From Candidatus Heimdallarchaeota archaeon (lineage in GTDB: Archaea; Asgardarchaeota; Heimdallarchaeia; Hodarchaeales; Hodarchaeaceae): 64,000 bases of DNA. Numbering within the stretch: the stretch's first letter is position 1; the number at the start of each line of letters is the position of its first letter. Shown here piece by piece: positions 21,701 through 31,605 of this stretch. Where the stretch lies: assembly GCA_020353515.1 (NCBI GenBank), contig CP070695.1, positions 1,077,584 through 1,141,583 on the forward strand. The letters are read 5' to 3'. The notes beneath the pieces were generated by a model that worked only from the letters and a program-made list of their open reading frames with translations, ran no database searches and was not told the DNA's origin. Position numbers and translations under genes: made by a program.

Positions 21701-22663
21701 ATGGCATCTAATGATAACTATGTTCTCATCATTGGATCTAGTAATATGGATCTCAATATTTATTCGAAGAGATTTCCTATCCCTGGAGAAACTGTTACAG
21801 GGGGGATCTTTACCCAGTCTTTTGGAGGAAAAGGCGCAAATCAGGCTGTTGCTTCTAGTAGATCCGGAAGTAAAACTGTCTTCATTGGAAGGGTAGGCCA
21901 AGATCCATTTGGATCCCAAATGCTTGAAAACTTAACGAATGAAGGTATTGATACCACAAGAGTGATAGTCGATCCAGAACATGCTTCTGGTGTTGCTGTT
22001 ATCCTGATAGACTCAAATGGGCAAAATATGATCAGTGTTGCTCCTGGGGCGAACGCGGAGATTACACCCGAAGATATTCAAAATATTAAGGATATTATAG
22101 AAAACGCCACCGTCATAGTAGTCCAAATGGAAATACCAATGGATGTTATTCGTGACATATTCAACATTACATCTAAGAAAAATGTGATTACAATCCTAAA
22201 TCCCGCGCCTTTCAAAGAAATCCCGTTAAAGCTTTTAAAGCAAATTGATATTATTACCCCAAACGAGAACGAGCTTTCTCAACTGCATTCATCTCTTGGT
22301 TTGAAAGAACTACAGAAAAATGATCAGGATTACATATTAAACCTAATAAACGATCTTCATGGTCAAGGAGTAAATACAATCATAGTTACGCTGGGTAACA
22401 AAGGCTGTTTTGTATCTAATAAAGACAAGGAGGAACAAATTCATGTTCCTGCTATCAAAGTGTCCGCGATAGACACTGTTGGAGCGGGTGATTGTTTTAA
22501 CGGTGTTTTGGCAAGTAGATTATGTGAAGGTTATGAATTGTTAATAGCGACACGATATGCGAATGTTGCAGCTTCTATTGCGGTAACCAAGACAGGAGCT
22601 CAAAGTTCAATGCCTTTCTTTGCAGAAATTGAAAAAAGATTCAACCAATATTATATTATTTAA
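21701..22663 (+). CDS. rbsK: Ribokinase (PfkB family)
   Basis: GSSNMD, GGKGANQA, LNPAP, PNENE, DTVGAGDCF. Confidence 0.93.
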   Translation: MASNDNYVLIIGSSNMDLNIYSKRFPIPGETVTGGIFTQSFGGKGANQAVASSRSGSKTVFIGRVGQDPFGSQMLENLTNEGIDTTRVIVDPEHASGVAVILIDSNGQNMISVAPGANAEITPEDIQNIKDIIENATVIVVQMEIPMDVIRDIFNITSKKNVITILNPAPFKEIPLKLLKQIDIITPNENELSQLHSSLGLKELQKNDQDYILNLINDLHGQGVNTIIVTLGNKGCFVSNKDKEEQIHVPAIKVSAIDTVGAGDCFNGVLASRLCEGYELLIATRYANVAASIAVTKTGAQSSMPFFAEIEKRFNQYYII

Positions 22664-22686
22664 AGAGCCAGAAAAAAGGCTTTTTT

Positions 22687-23322
22687 ATGAATTTCGATCC
22701 ACGTAGATTCATTAGCATTCGTACCATTGGTCTACTAGGAGTATTATGCCCCATAATAGCATATACTGGTATTATAATTGCAATTTTTTTGAATTTGGAC
22801 TGGTTTAGCTGGACAGATAGTGCGTTGTCTGATTTAGGGCATTATGAAAACTTAGGAATTCGGGCATTTGTTTTTAATGGTGGATTATTTATTAGTGGTG
22901 TTCTTGCGCTCATTTTTTGCCTGGCTTTTTATTATCAAGAGAAAGAGCAATTTAAAGATGATAAAATTGGGAATTTTCTTATAGTTATTGGCGTGATTGC
23001 ATTATTCATTGCCGTTCTGGCATTAATTGGCATTGGCATTTTTTCCGAAGATTTCAACCCTATCCATAGGTTTGTGTCAGAGGTCTTTTTCACCTGTATT
23101 CCGTTTGCCATGTGGTTTTTCGGAGGTGCATTTTATCGAAAGGCGGAATTGAAAGTCATGGGTTTATTAGCACTTCTTGTTGGCACCATTGCAGGTATTA
23201 CATGGATTTCTTACTTTATTTTCCATTTTGTTTCGGGAGTGGCTATCCCTGAAGCCGTCTCATCAATAGCTGTGAGTATCTGGATTGTTATACGTGGTGT
23301 ACAGTATTATCAGTCTAGTTAG
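22687..23322 (+). CDS. DUF998 membrane protein
   Basis: WFSW..ALSDLG, FNGGL, IGIFSE, AIPE. Confidence 0.85.
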   Translation: MNFDPRRFISIRTIGLLGVLCPIIAYTGIIIAIFLNLDWFSWTDSALSDLGHYENLGIRAFVFNGGLFISGVLALIFCLAFYYQEKEQFKDDKIGNFLIVIGVIALFIAVLALIGIGIFSEDFNPIHRFVSEVFFTCIPFAMWFFGGAFYRKAELKVMGLLALLVGTIAGITWISYFIFHFVSGVAIPEAVSSIAVSIWIVIRGVQYYQSS

Positions 23323-23523
23323 CTTGCATTCTTATGATGTTACTTAGAAATGTTGAATCGTTAGGGGTAACTGCTTCTTATATGCTGGAAATTTACTCTC
23401 TTCTTCTTTACAATTCTTTGATCTATCAGCTTACAGGGAGAAAAATACAAAGAGTACAAGATAGAAGTCAAAGCTTGGGGCAGTATCCATAACACGAATT
23501 TTTTCTTGTGTTGTCTTTATTTA

Positions 23524-23580
23524 GTACTAACATTCGTACGTTTTTAAGCAAGCTTGGGAGCTCTGTACTAATGTTAGTAC
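23524..23580. promoter_or_regulatory. Two palindromic operators GTACTAA-N2-TT(A/C)GTAC (23524-23539, 23565-23580) upstream of the BRE/TATA of the SBP gene
   Basis: GTACTAACATTCGTAC and GTACTAATGTTAGTAC, 41 bp apart, followed by GAAAAACTTAAATA. Confidence 0.75.
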
Positions 23581-23690
23581 ATTAAAAAACGATAGAAAAA
23601 CTTAAATAACTGAATTTACGTGGTAGAGATTTGTTATTACTCGTCTAAAGAAGTTAGAACCTAAAATCGAAAATTCGCAAGGCAAAAATA

Positions 23691-25838
23691 ATGAAGAAAT
23701 CCAGATTACTGTTATTACTAGCAATATTGTCACTTATCTCAATACAAACACAATCATCGTTTCTTAATCCTGTAGGAACAGACTATCAACTAGGAAAAGC
23801 TCTTTCAAATCCTGGTGTCACTGCTGAAGTCCAACAAATACCAGATGTTTTACGAATGGGAGATTTAAATCTTTATGACCTCCCAATAGATTTGGATCCC
23901 CTAAATAGAGCTTGGGTAGGTCCTCATTCAATAATGTACGAACCACTAATAGAATATAATGCCGAGAAAAATATAGTAGTGCCTGTTCTTGCCTATCAAT
24001 GGGTTGTTACAAATGACAGTAAGCATTGGACGTTTGATCTTCGGGACAACATTTTATTTCATGATGGGTCAGCGTTTAATGCACAAGCGGTGAAAATTTC
24101 CTTTGAGAGGGCTCATATCAAAGCCAAAGGGCCGGCACCTTATTCTTATGCAGCAATGCCCTTGGAATCTGTTGAAATCGTTAATGAGTTCCAAATTATC
24201 TTTCATTTCTATGAGTCATATTCTCCTTTCATTCATCGGGAGGCTCAAACTTTTTTTGTCTTATCTCCTAATAGCTTTGAAGGCGAAAACCTGACATCAC
24301 CAATAGGAACTGGGCCATATAAAATCAGTTTGGAACAATCAAACTCAACTTTTCTTCATTATAACCGTTTTGATCTATATCACAGTGGTGTAGCACCCTT
24401 TAAAGAAATCCATTATACAATCTATCCACAAGCTGAGGGTGATAGATTCGATGAAGATATTAATGAACATAAAATAGATTATGCGGCTATGGGGGTATAC
24501 ATAGATTCCTCAGCAGATCCGTATTGGAATACTTCGTATACTGAAGGAGCACCAGTTTCAAATGTATTTCATTTCAATATTAGCAATCCCTACCTAGCAG
24601 ATAAGAACGTTCGAAAAGCCTTAAATTATGCGATAGACAAAAAAACATATGTTGATGGATCGCCCAGTTCACACCCATTGCGCTCCTTGCTTCCTCCAGG
24701 TTATCTTGATCATGATCCCACGATTGAAGGATATCTGTATAATCCTGAGCTGGCGAATACGCTACTAGATGAAGCAGGATTCACTAGAGGAGAAGACAAT
24801 GTCCGATTCAGTCTCAGAATAATTGGAGCGGATTTCTGGGAAGGGATTCTAAATTTTGTGGCAACATCTCTAGAACAAATAGGAATTAGATGTGAGGTTG
24901 AACCAATTGAAGGAGAGAACTTTTTAACACGATGGGAACAGGGGGATTATGATCTAGCTCTTTTTGTAACGCTTGATTATGATTCTAGTATCATATATTC
25001 ATTACTTCATACGAATGGAGCTTATAATACTGGGGGATTTGAAAATGAAACTATTAATTACTTGACAACGCTAGCTCAAGAAACTCCTGTGCGACAAGAA
25101 CGGAAATACTACTATAAATTAGTACAAGAAGAAGCACAAGAGGAATGTCCATATCTCTTAATGGAATATTATCCTATGCATTATTTCCGTGCACAGCATC
25201 TAACACCTTATTTTCATCTATCTGGAAAAGCACGATTGATATTTAATTGTACTAATGGAGACAGTCAGTTAATGATCAATTCTCTTAATTTTAAGATAGA
25301 TAATAAAAAACCCACTGATTTGAAACTCCTAACAGATATTACAGTGGCAGATCAAGCGATTTATTTTCCAATTACTGATGCTATCATTGCAAATCCGAAT
25401 GTACAACCGTTAGAGGTCACAATGAAAATGAGTCATCAGTTATCGAGCTTCCTACCAACCCAAAACGCGACAGGGAAATTTTACCAAATCGAGACTGATA
25501 ATGAGGATCTTTCTTATCGGTTTCGCAGTTACTATGACCCCGAAGAATTGGAAAAAAAATCATACGATCAACTTGCCTTATTTGAGTATGATGAAACTCA
25601 AGAAATCTGGAGGGAATTAGTCACCCTTTCGTCGAATACGAGCCTTTCTTATGTGGAGATCGAACTCAAAGGGGGAAAGAGATTGTTACGCCTAGATGAA
25701 TCAATAGAAGAATTAGTACAATTAACCTACAAATTATTCCCATTTATATCGATTTTCACCATTCCTATGATTGTTATTATAGTTTTGACCATTGCTAAGA
25801 ATCAGAAAGTGGCTAAATATGTGAAAAACAAGTATTGA
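23691..25838 (+). CDS. Family 5 (peptide/nickel) ABC solute-binding protein, C-terminally anchored
   Basis: YEPL, PVLA..W, FHDGSAFNA, IGTGPY, VRKALNYAID, LLDEAG. Confidence 0.92.
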   Translation: MKKSRLLLLLAILSLISIQTQSSFLNPVGTDYQLGKALSNPGVTAEVQQIPDVLRMGDLNLYDLPIDLDPLNRAWVGPHSIMYEPLIEYNAEKNIVVPVLAYQWVVTNDSKHWTFDLRDNILFHDGSAFNAQAVKISFERAHIKAKGPAPYSYAAMPLESVEIVNEFQIIFHFYESYSPFIHREAQTFFVLSPNSFEGENLTSPIGTGPYKISLEQSNSTFLHYNRFDLYHSGVAPFKEIHYTIYPQAEGDRFDEDINEHKIDYAAMGVYIDSSADPYWNTSYTEGAPVSNVFHFNISNPYLADKNVRKALNYAIDKKTYVDGSPSSHPLRSLLPPGYLDHDPTIEGYLYNPELANTLLDEAGFTRGEDNVRFSLRIIGADFWEGILNFVATSLEQIGIRCEVEPIEGENFLTRWEQGDYDLALFVTLDYDSSIIYSLLHTNGAYNTGGFENETINYLTTLAQETPVRQERKYYYKLVQEEAQEECPYLLMEYYPMHYFRAQHLTPYFHLSGKARLIFNCTNGDSQLMINSLNFKIDNKKPTDLKLLTDITVADQAIYFPITDAIIANPNVQPLEVTMKMSHQLSSFLPTQNATGKFYQIETDNEDLSYRFRSYYDPEELEKKSYDQLALFEYDETQEIWRELVTLSSNTSLSYVEIELKGGKRLLRLDESIEELVQLTYKLFPFISIFTIPMIVIIVLTIAKNQKVAKYVKNKY

Positions 25839-25844
25839 TGACCA

Positions 25845-26405
25845 ATGAAAACTAAAGAAAAACTGGAAGAAAAGGAAGAAGCCCAGGAAGTAACAGTGGA
25901 ACTCATTGAAAAAGAGACACAATTAACAAAACGAGAAATGACGGCGAAAATCAAGCCTGGGAAGTCATTGGATACTGATATACTCCAAGGAAAATCACTC
26001 CAAGTATATTGGCATCTTTTAGAAAACGGAGCGGCAAGTATCCGAGAAATACATAAAGCACTTGGGTTTTCTTCACCTGGGGTTGCCTATTACCAAATAA
26101 AAAAGTTGATGGCAACCGGGATTATAGCCAAAGACGAAGAAACAGACCAGTATTTCTTACACGAAAAAACGAAAGTAGGAGTACTGAACCTTTATACCAA
26201 CGTTGGCAATCTCCTTATTCCTCGGTTCTCCATTTATTTAGCGGTTTGTCTCGTAGGGTTCATAATTTGTCTTATCTCGGCGTTAGTTTGGGGAGATCAA
26301 TTTAATGTTCATCCCGGAACAGTTTTTCTCTTAATTTTCTTAACTATTGGAACAATCGCCTGTATCTATGAATCCAGGAAAACTTGGAAATTAAAACCAA
26401 ATTAA
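25845..26405 (+). CDS. Membrane-anchored winged-HTH regulator
   Basis: LQGKSLQVYWHLL..IREIHKALGFSSP..YQIKKL, then IPR and two TM helices. Confidence 0.8.
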   Translation: MKTKEKLEEKEEAQEVTVELIEKETQLTKREMTAKIKPGKSLDTDILQGKSLQVYWHLLENGAASIREIHKALGFSSPGVAYYQIKKLMATGIIAKDEETDQYFLHEKTKVGVLNLYTNVGNLLIPRFSIYLAVCLVGFIICLISALVWGDQFNVHPGTVFLLIFLTIGTIACIYESRKTWKLKPN

Positions 26406-26485
26406 GAAATCTATTGGAAATGAAACAAAAAACAGAAAAATCTATGAAAGAAAATACAAGAAATCATAACAGGAAAGAATGAAAA

Positions 26486-27712
26486 ATGCAATCCTCATCT
26501 TTTGTAAATAATTTGGGAACTAGAATTCGAAATACGATACCATCGTCCCGTCTTGTCCCTATCGATTTTACTAGAGGCTTAATTATGATTCTAATGGCCC
26601 TTGACCATGCCTCTATAATAAATCCGTATCATGTGGGGGGTGAAGGATTCCTCGGGAATCGACCGAAGTATCCAGATGTCATAACCTTTCTTACCAGATT
26701 TTTGACACATTGGTGTGCACCAGCTTTTCTATTCTTAGCGGGAACGGCTATCACCTTAAGTACAATCAGACGCCAGGAAAAAGGGGAAACACAAATGACA
26801 ATAAGTCAACATCTTGTTATTCGTGGGATAATCCTCTTAATAATAGAATGGACATTAATATCAACACTATTCAGCTTCTTTGGTGCTGTACAGTTCTATT
26901 TTGGGATTCTTGCGTGTATAGGGGTAGGGATGATTTTCTTTGCGTTTACTCACCGATTACCTAATTCTGTTCTTATAATCTTTTCAGCAGGGATAATCCT
27001 ATTGTCACCATTTATGATGATGTCTCCAATCATTGATTTTGAAACCGAGACCAATGAAATCGTGCGATTTCTTGCAGTCGCACTATTTTTACCTATGCAA
27101 TTTGAAGGAAGATTGTACGGGATTTATCCATTGATACCCTGGCTAGGCGTCATGGGATTAGGGGTAGTTTTTGGCCGCTGGTTAGTTCAACAGCAAGAAG
27201 ATTCAAGTTCAAATAGGAAAATAGCCGAACAACTAGGGATTGTGGGTGGATTATGCCTGGTAGCTTTCTTTGTATTACGATTTGCTAGTTTAATAGGCAT
27301 CCCTACGTGGCCAGCAAATTACCTCCCTCCAGAGAGTCTTGCCATTGACAAGTTTTTCCTCATTGCCAAATATCCTCCAAGTATCGTCTTTCTCCTCTGG
27401 ACATTGGGTGGTACGTTATTATTTTTGGCAACAGGCTTTCTCTTTCAAGAAAATCCGCGCTTTCGATCATTAATGACGCCAGTACTACTTTTTGGAGCAA
27501 CAGCTCTGTTTTTCTATTGTGTTCACATGACATTGTTTATGGGCGGGGCAATACTCGTTTGGACTCTGATTCCTTATGACCCAGGAGTTTTCGACGCGTT
27601 AATTGTTTCCTTAATATGGTGGATAGTTGTGTTACTGGTTTTAATCCCCGCCTGTTTTTGGTTTCGAGACATGAAAAGTCGATATCCTACATCCGTGCTG
27701 AAATACATCTGA
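26486..27712 (+). CDS. DUF1624/HGSNAT-like membrane acyltransferase
   Basis: IDFTRGLIMILMALDH, THWCAPAFLFLAG, YPLIPW, KYPPS. Confidence 0.88.
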   Translation: MQSSSFVNNLGTRIRNTIPSSRLVPIDFTRGLIMILMALDHASIINPYHVGGEGFLGNRPKYPDVITFLTRFLTHWCAPAFLFLAGTAITLSTIRRQEKGETQMTISQHLVIRGIILLIIEWTLISTLFSFFGAVQFYFGILACIGVGMIFFAFTHRLPNSVLIIFSAGIILLSPFMMMSPIIDFETETNEIVRFLAVALFLPMQFEGRLYGIYPLIPWLGVMGLGVVFGRWLVQQQEDSSSNRKIAEQLGIVGGLCLVAFFVLRFASLIGIPTWPANYLPPESLAIDKFFLIAKYPPSIVFLLWTLGGTLLFLATGFLFQENPRFRSLMTPVLLFGATALFFYCVHMTLFMGGAILVWTLIPYDPGVFDALIVSLIWWIVVLLVLIPACFWFRDMKSRYPTSVLKYI

Positions 27713-27857
27713 AAACCGGTGAAACATGATGAATCTGATAGATCCGCACACTGAGTTATAATTCTTCTTAGTTTCCCGCAAACGAAGACGTTAAGTCTTT
27801 TTTCCCTCCTTTTTCCTTTTCTTTGCTATTCAAACGCTGAAGTATGGAGTGTTTCTC

Positions 27858-28142
27858 TCATGGATATTCCTGAGGTTTTGGTGTTTCTCCCGTTTTTCCA
27901 CAGATAAAATAATGTTCATCAGGCGAAGTATTATTCGTAATTAGATGTAAGAATGGACATTCCAATTTAAAATTTAGCTGATAGAGGGCATCCATTTGAA
28001 TAGGAGCTCCCTTAAAAAAGTAAGAACACTTCTCAGGGCAGTCTGGTAGATACTCTTTCATCACTAAACAAAAGAAAACTGTAGTTTCTTTCTGTTTATC
28101 TGCCACCTGATTTTGGCAATCACGAGTAGTCGTTTCAGCCAT
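27858..28142 (-). CDS. Small Cys-rich protein, paralogue of 35059-35397
   Basis: RBS GGAGG; C..C-x9-C-x3-C pattern; follows the luxC-like gene. Confidence 0.7.
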   Translation of the reverse strand: MAETTTRDCQNQVADKQKETTVFFCLVMKEYLPDCPEKCSYFFKGAPIQMDALYQLNFKLECPFLHLITNNTSPDEHYFICGKTGETPKPQEYP

Positions 28143-28166
28143 GTTGAGTCCTCCAACCGAAGGTAT

Positions 28167-29630
28167 TCAACATGGTACAGATTGTTCATCCATTACCCAC
28201 TTACACATGCGTCTGAGAGGTTCGATAGCGTCTTGAGGAGTCGCAAAACTGCCGTTCGGAGCGAATCCTAATGATACAATGCGTTGCACCCCATTTAGGA
28301 TCAACTCATCACGAATCTGCTGTTTGAGCTGCTCTGGATATATTCCTACTGTCTGGGTATATGCGTTTACTGACTGGATTGCGGTTTGCACATCATCAAT
28401 CGGGACGAGATTCACTACTCTGCCACATAGTTGATCTGAAAAGTCCACTGGTTCATCCATCTGACTAACTATCACAGCTCCCTCATTTTCGTGTCCACCA
28501 AACACACGATAGAACATATCATCCATTCGAAGGCCATCAATGTTACTTTTGAGATCCACATCGAACTCTTTTGCAGGTGTGGAGACATGACTGGGGAGAT
28601 TCACTAATGAGTAGTACAAATATGCCCCTAGCTCATTTAATCTGTCAATACCAGCACTATCTGTTCCTGATTGCACATAAATAACACGACTATTCACACA
28701 GGCCTCCTGATTGAATGCTCCGATATCGATAGCTGCTCGTTGTGCGACCGTACGTAAGATTTCCTCCGTTTGAAATGCGTCTGCTCCGATAATTGACATA
28801 CTTAATTTAGGATCTAACGTGATCAAATCGATCCCTGGCTGTAGATACTTTGTGATATGCTTGATAGATGCATAACCTCCCCATGCGATGATCTTTTCGA
28901 TGTTCTCAGGTTTATAAAATGCTGTTTCGAACTCTGTGTCTCCACCTTTCCAATAAGCAATTACTACACTCTTGGTGATTGGGTGATTAGGTTCCATGTC
29001 AATCATAGTCCGCGCTAGTGCTGTAGCTGTCAAGGGATCATTTGAGGGGAGCTTGATGATCGTATCACATCTAGTACAACAGCTGCGTGCAATTGTTCCT
29101 GCTGCGACCAATGGAACATTCCCTGCGATCACATGCACAGTCCGAGCACCAAATGCTCGTACCGATATAGTCTGGCCATTACTCATGGTTGTTGGTACCC
29201 AGTTTTCAAGATACTTAATTCCGATCCGTTGGTTCAACATTTCTCTGAGACTTTCTTTTGATAACAGCATTGGAAGTGCCTGATATGTCCCGTAAAGTAC
29301 AGTTTTGGTAAGTCCTGAGGCTTCACAATTCAATGTGAACGCGTCCTGGAGGTATTCGTTTTCCTTGAGGACTAGTCGTTGTCCTAGATCATCCATGAAG
29401 TTTAAGATCTCCTCTATACTAAGATTATACAGTGCTTTCTGTTGGGAGGGGTTCTTAAGAACGATCTTGTTCAGATACCTCTTTGCATCTGGAGTTTTGA
29501 ATGTTGCTGATCCATGTCGTCCTCCAAACGTCAGACTATAATTATCTATGACTTGTCCACGCGCAATGATCGGGATCTCATAATCCACTAGTTCAATGGT
29601 TGTCGTTTCCTTATTCATGACGGTTTGCAT
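28167..29630 (-). CDS. LuxC-like acyl-CoA reductase
   Basis: HVIAGNVP, IIKLPSNDP, YWKGG, IAWGG, DPKLS, FNQEACVN, QTVGIYP, GVQRIV. Confidence 0.9.
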   Translation of the reverse strand: MQTVMNKETTTIELVDYEIPIIARGQVIDNYSLTFGGRHGSATFKTPDAKRYLNKIVLKNPSQQKALYNLSIEEILNFMDDLGQRLVLKENEYLQDAFTLNCEASGLTKTVLYGTYQALPMLLSKESLREMLNQRIGIKYLENWVPTTMSNGQTISVRAFGARTVHVIAGNVPLVAAGTIARSCCTRCDTIIKLPSNDPLTATALARTMIDMEPNHPITKSVVIAYWKGGDTEFETAFYKPENIEKIIAWGGYASIKHITKYLQPGIDLITLDPKLSMSIIGADAFQTEEILRTVAQRAAIDIGAFNQEACVNSRVIYVQSGTDSAGIDRLNELGAYLYYSLVNLPSHVSTPAKEFDVDLKSNIDGLRMDDMFYRVFGGHENEGAVIVSQMDEPVDFSDQLCGRVVNLVPIDDVQTAIQSVNAYTQTVGIYPEQLKQQIRDELILNGVQRIVSLGFAPNGSFATPQDAIEPLRRMCKWVMDEQSVPC

Positions 29631-31092
29631 ATGTGATCACAGCTTTATATGAAGAAGAAGGTTCACTTTCCTCCTCATCCATTAAGAAATCAATGAAGTC
29701 ATCGTAAGCCCCTTGAACGCCTGCGCAAGATATTTTATCGTCCCCACCTTGTAACTCACTGTAACGGGCAATATCTGACTCTAACCAAGCTGCTTTTACA
29801 CCACATTCACATTGGTCATAATGAATAGTGACTCTGTCGCCCGTTATAAAGCCGCCCCAGTAATTTTCCGCAAGTAAGTCAAAGAAGGCGAAACGTCCAG
29901 TTTGAATACCTTTTCGCTGAGCTACTTCTCCTGTTTCGGGATTTAGAATAAATGGAATATGCCATGGGAAAAAATGATAATTTCCACATTCACACGATGG
30001 TAAACCACCACCATTCATTTCTGTCATTCCATACCCCTTAGGTATAGACTTTATTCCATAAAATTCGAGTGTTTTCTGGTACCAACCCTCTGGAGGAGTA
30101 TATCCTTTCATACCTCCGCCAGTTACAAAACCAGATCCAGGTGCAAACACATTTCGTTCACCTTTATCATGTCCTTCAATAGCACTTTTGATGAAGTCTG
30201 CTTGCAGACCCATAAAGAAGATCTTCTTTCCTTTATATGACAAGAATTTTTCCATAAAAGTTTCTTTAAGCTTTGGCATCTGTATTTGAGCTTTGATCAG
30301 TTCCCCCTTATTGTGTACTAAAGAACGTATTAATTGTATCTTTCCAAGCTCTCCTTTTGCCTTGGCTGCCTTAACCCGTCCAGCAAGAGACATAAAATCA
30401 GCTGATAATCTACCTGGATATGCATAATGATAATCTTCCTCTGAACCAGCGAATTTAGGACCAAAAGTACCGAAAACTTTTGTGGCAATCTGACGTCCAG
30501 TTTGATATCCTGGGACAAAGACAGGCATTCGTTCCTTGTGAAAATCAATGCTGGTAATCTTTTCCATAAAAATGTAGAAAGCATTAACATAATTTTCCAT
30601 GTCAATCTTTGATCTTGGGATGATTGATAGTTTTCCTGTTGTTCCTGAAGAGTGGACTGGTTCCAGTTGTGTTTTCTCTTCTAACTGATCTAACCATTCA
30701 TCGATAGTTTTTGGGTCATCTAGCTTAACATCTCCGATATCAAGGGTTGTGAACTTATCTAACCACTTAGTAAGTTGAGAATATTTCTTTTTTTCAATCA
30801 AGGAAAGAGGATATGATTTATATGCTGTATGATGGAAAAGAATAGGAGCAAGATCGTTTAGAGTACTGATTTGACTGATTCCTTGACGATTAGCTAAGTC
30901 TCTAACAGCCGCGATTTCGTTATAGGCTTTAATGAATTGTTCTTGGGCTGCTTTAAGCTGTAGTTCTTCAGTTATTGTTTGATCGAGGTTTAAACATTCA
31001 TCAGGTGATCGTAAATCACGTCTAGGCCACTCACGGGGATGTGTATCCCACTCGGAGGCCTTTTCCTCTTGACGAATTGTAGCTATTGTCAT
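29611..31092 (-). CDS. LuxE-like acyl-protein synthetase (ANL adenylate-forming)
   Basis: HSSGTTG, TGGGMKG, YGMTE, GGFITGD; adjacent to luxC-like; likely start MTIAT at 31092. Confidence 0.8.
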   Translation of the reverse strand: MTIATIRQEEKASEWDTHPREWPRRDLRSPDECLNLDQTITEELQLKAAQEQFIKAYNEIAAVRDLANRQGISQISTLNDLAPILFHHTAYKSYPLSLIEKKKYSQLTKWLDKFTTLDIGDVKLDDPKTIDEWLDQLEEKTQLEPVHSSGTTGKLSIIPRSKIDMENYVNAFYIFMEKITSIDFHKERMPVFVPGYQTGRQIATKVFGTFGPKFAGSEEDYHYAYPGRLSADFMSLAGRVKAAKAKGELGKIQLIRSLVHNKGELIKAQIQMPKLKETFMEKFLSYKGKKIFFMGLQADFIKSAIEGHDKGERNVFAPGSGFVTGGGMKGYTPPEGWYQKTLEFYGIKSIPKGYGMTEMNGGGLPSCECGNYHFFPWHIPFILNPETGEVAQRKGIQTGRFAFFDLLAENYWGGFITGDRVTIHYDQCECGVKAAWLESDIARYSELQGGDDKISCAGVQGAYDDFIDFLMDEEESEPSSSYKAVITYANRHE

Positions 31093-31192
31093 TTTTTTTC
31101 TTCCTTTATATATTAGAAATTTCGAAAGTCGCATTTGATTGCGGATTTCTTTTTTATACATGAAATTCCACTATGGCAAACTATATATAGAC

Positions 31193-31211
31193 TCTAGATA
31201 TTAAGTCTAGA
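31193..31211. promoter_or_regulatory. Candidate PadR operator TCTAGA-N7-TCTAGA just downstream of TATA
   Basis: Two palindromic hexamers between TATATATA (31182-31189) and the padR start. Confidence 0.55.
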
Positions 31212-31224
31212 TGAGGTTGAATAT

Positions 31225-31593
31225 GTGTCTTCACCCGAACAATTAGTTAAATGGACCACGGAGTACAAAAAAGGCTTTGCAAAGCCGTTTATTTTATTAT
31301 CATTAGCTAAAAAGACTAATTATCCATACAGTTTAACTCGTGAGATTAATTCCTTGACCAAGGGCCAGATTGCTATTACGGGATCTAATATCTATCCTAT
31401 TCTCAAAGATTTAGTGGATGAAGGCTTGATCAATAAAGAAAAGGTTCCGAAACCGAGTAAACGCAGTGATACGGCGAAAAAGCAATATCGTTCAGAATAC
31501 TCGTTAACAAAAGAAGGTGAGGAGCTCATAGTTGATCTCAAACAATCGCTAAAGGAATTTGTCGATATTATAACAGATTTTATTGAAGAATAA
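31225..31593 (+). CDS. PadR family regulator
   Basis: YPYSL, IYPILKDLVDEGLI, YSLTKEG. Confidence 0.92.
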   Translation: MSSPEQLVKWTTEYKKGFAKPFILLSLAKKTNYPYSLTREINSLTKGQIAITGSNIYPILKDLVDEGLINKEKVPKPSKRSDTAKKQYRSEYSLTKEGEELIVDLKQSLKEFVDIITDFIEE

Positions 31594-31605
31594 AGGATTA
31601 ATAAA

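Noticed and set aside
27858-27860. TGA stop falls where a Cys lies in the first Cys module, suggesting selenocysteine
   Set aside because: The partner Cys is also lost (Gln), readthrough gives low-complexity sequence, and I see no SECIS-like hairpin downstream.
28167-31092. Bioluminescence operon
   Set aside because: No luxA, luxB, luxD or luxG in the window.
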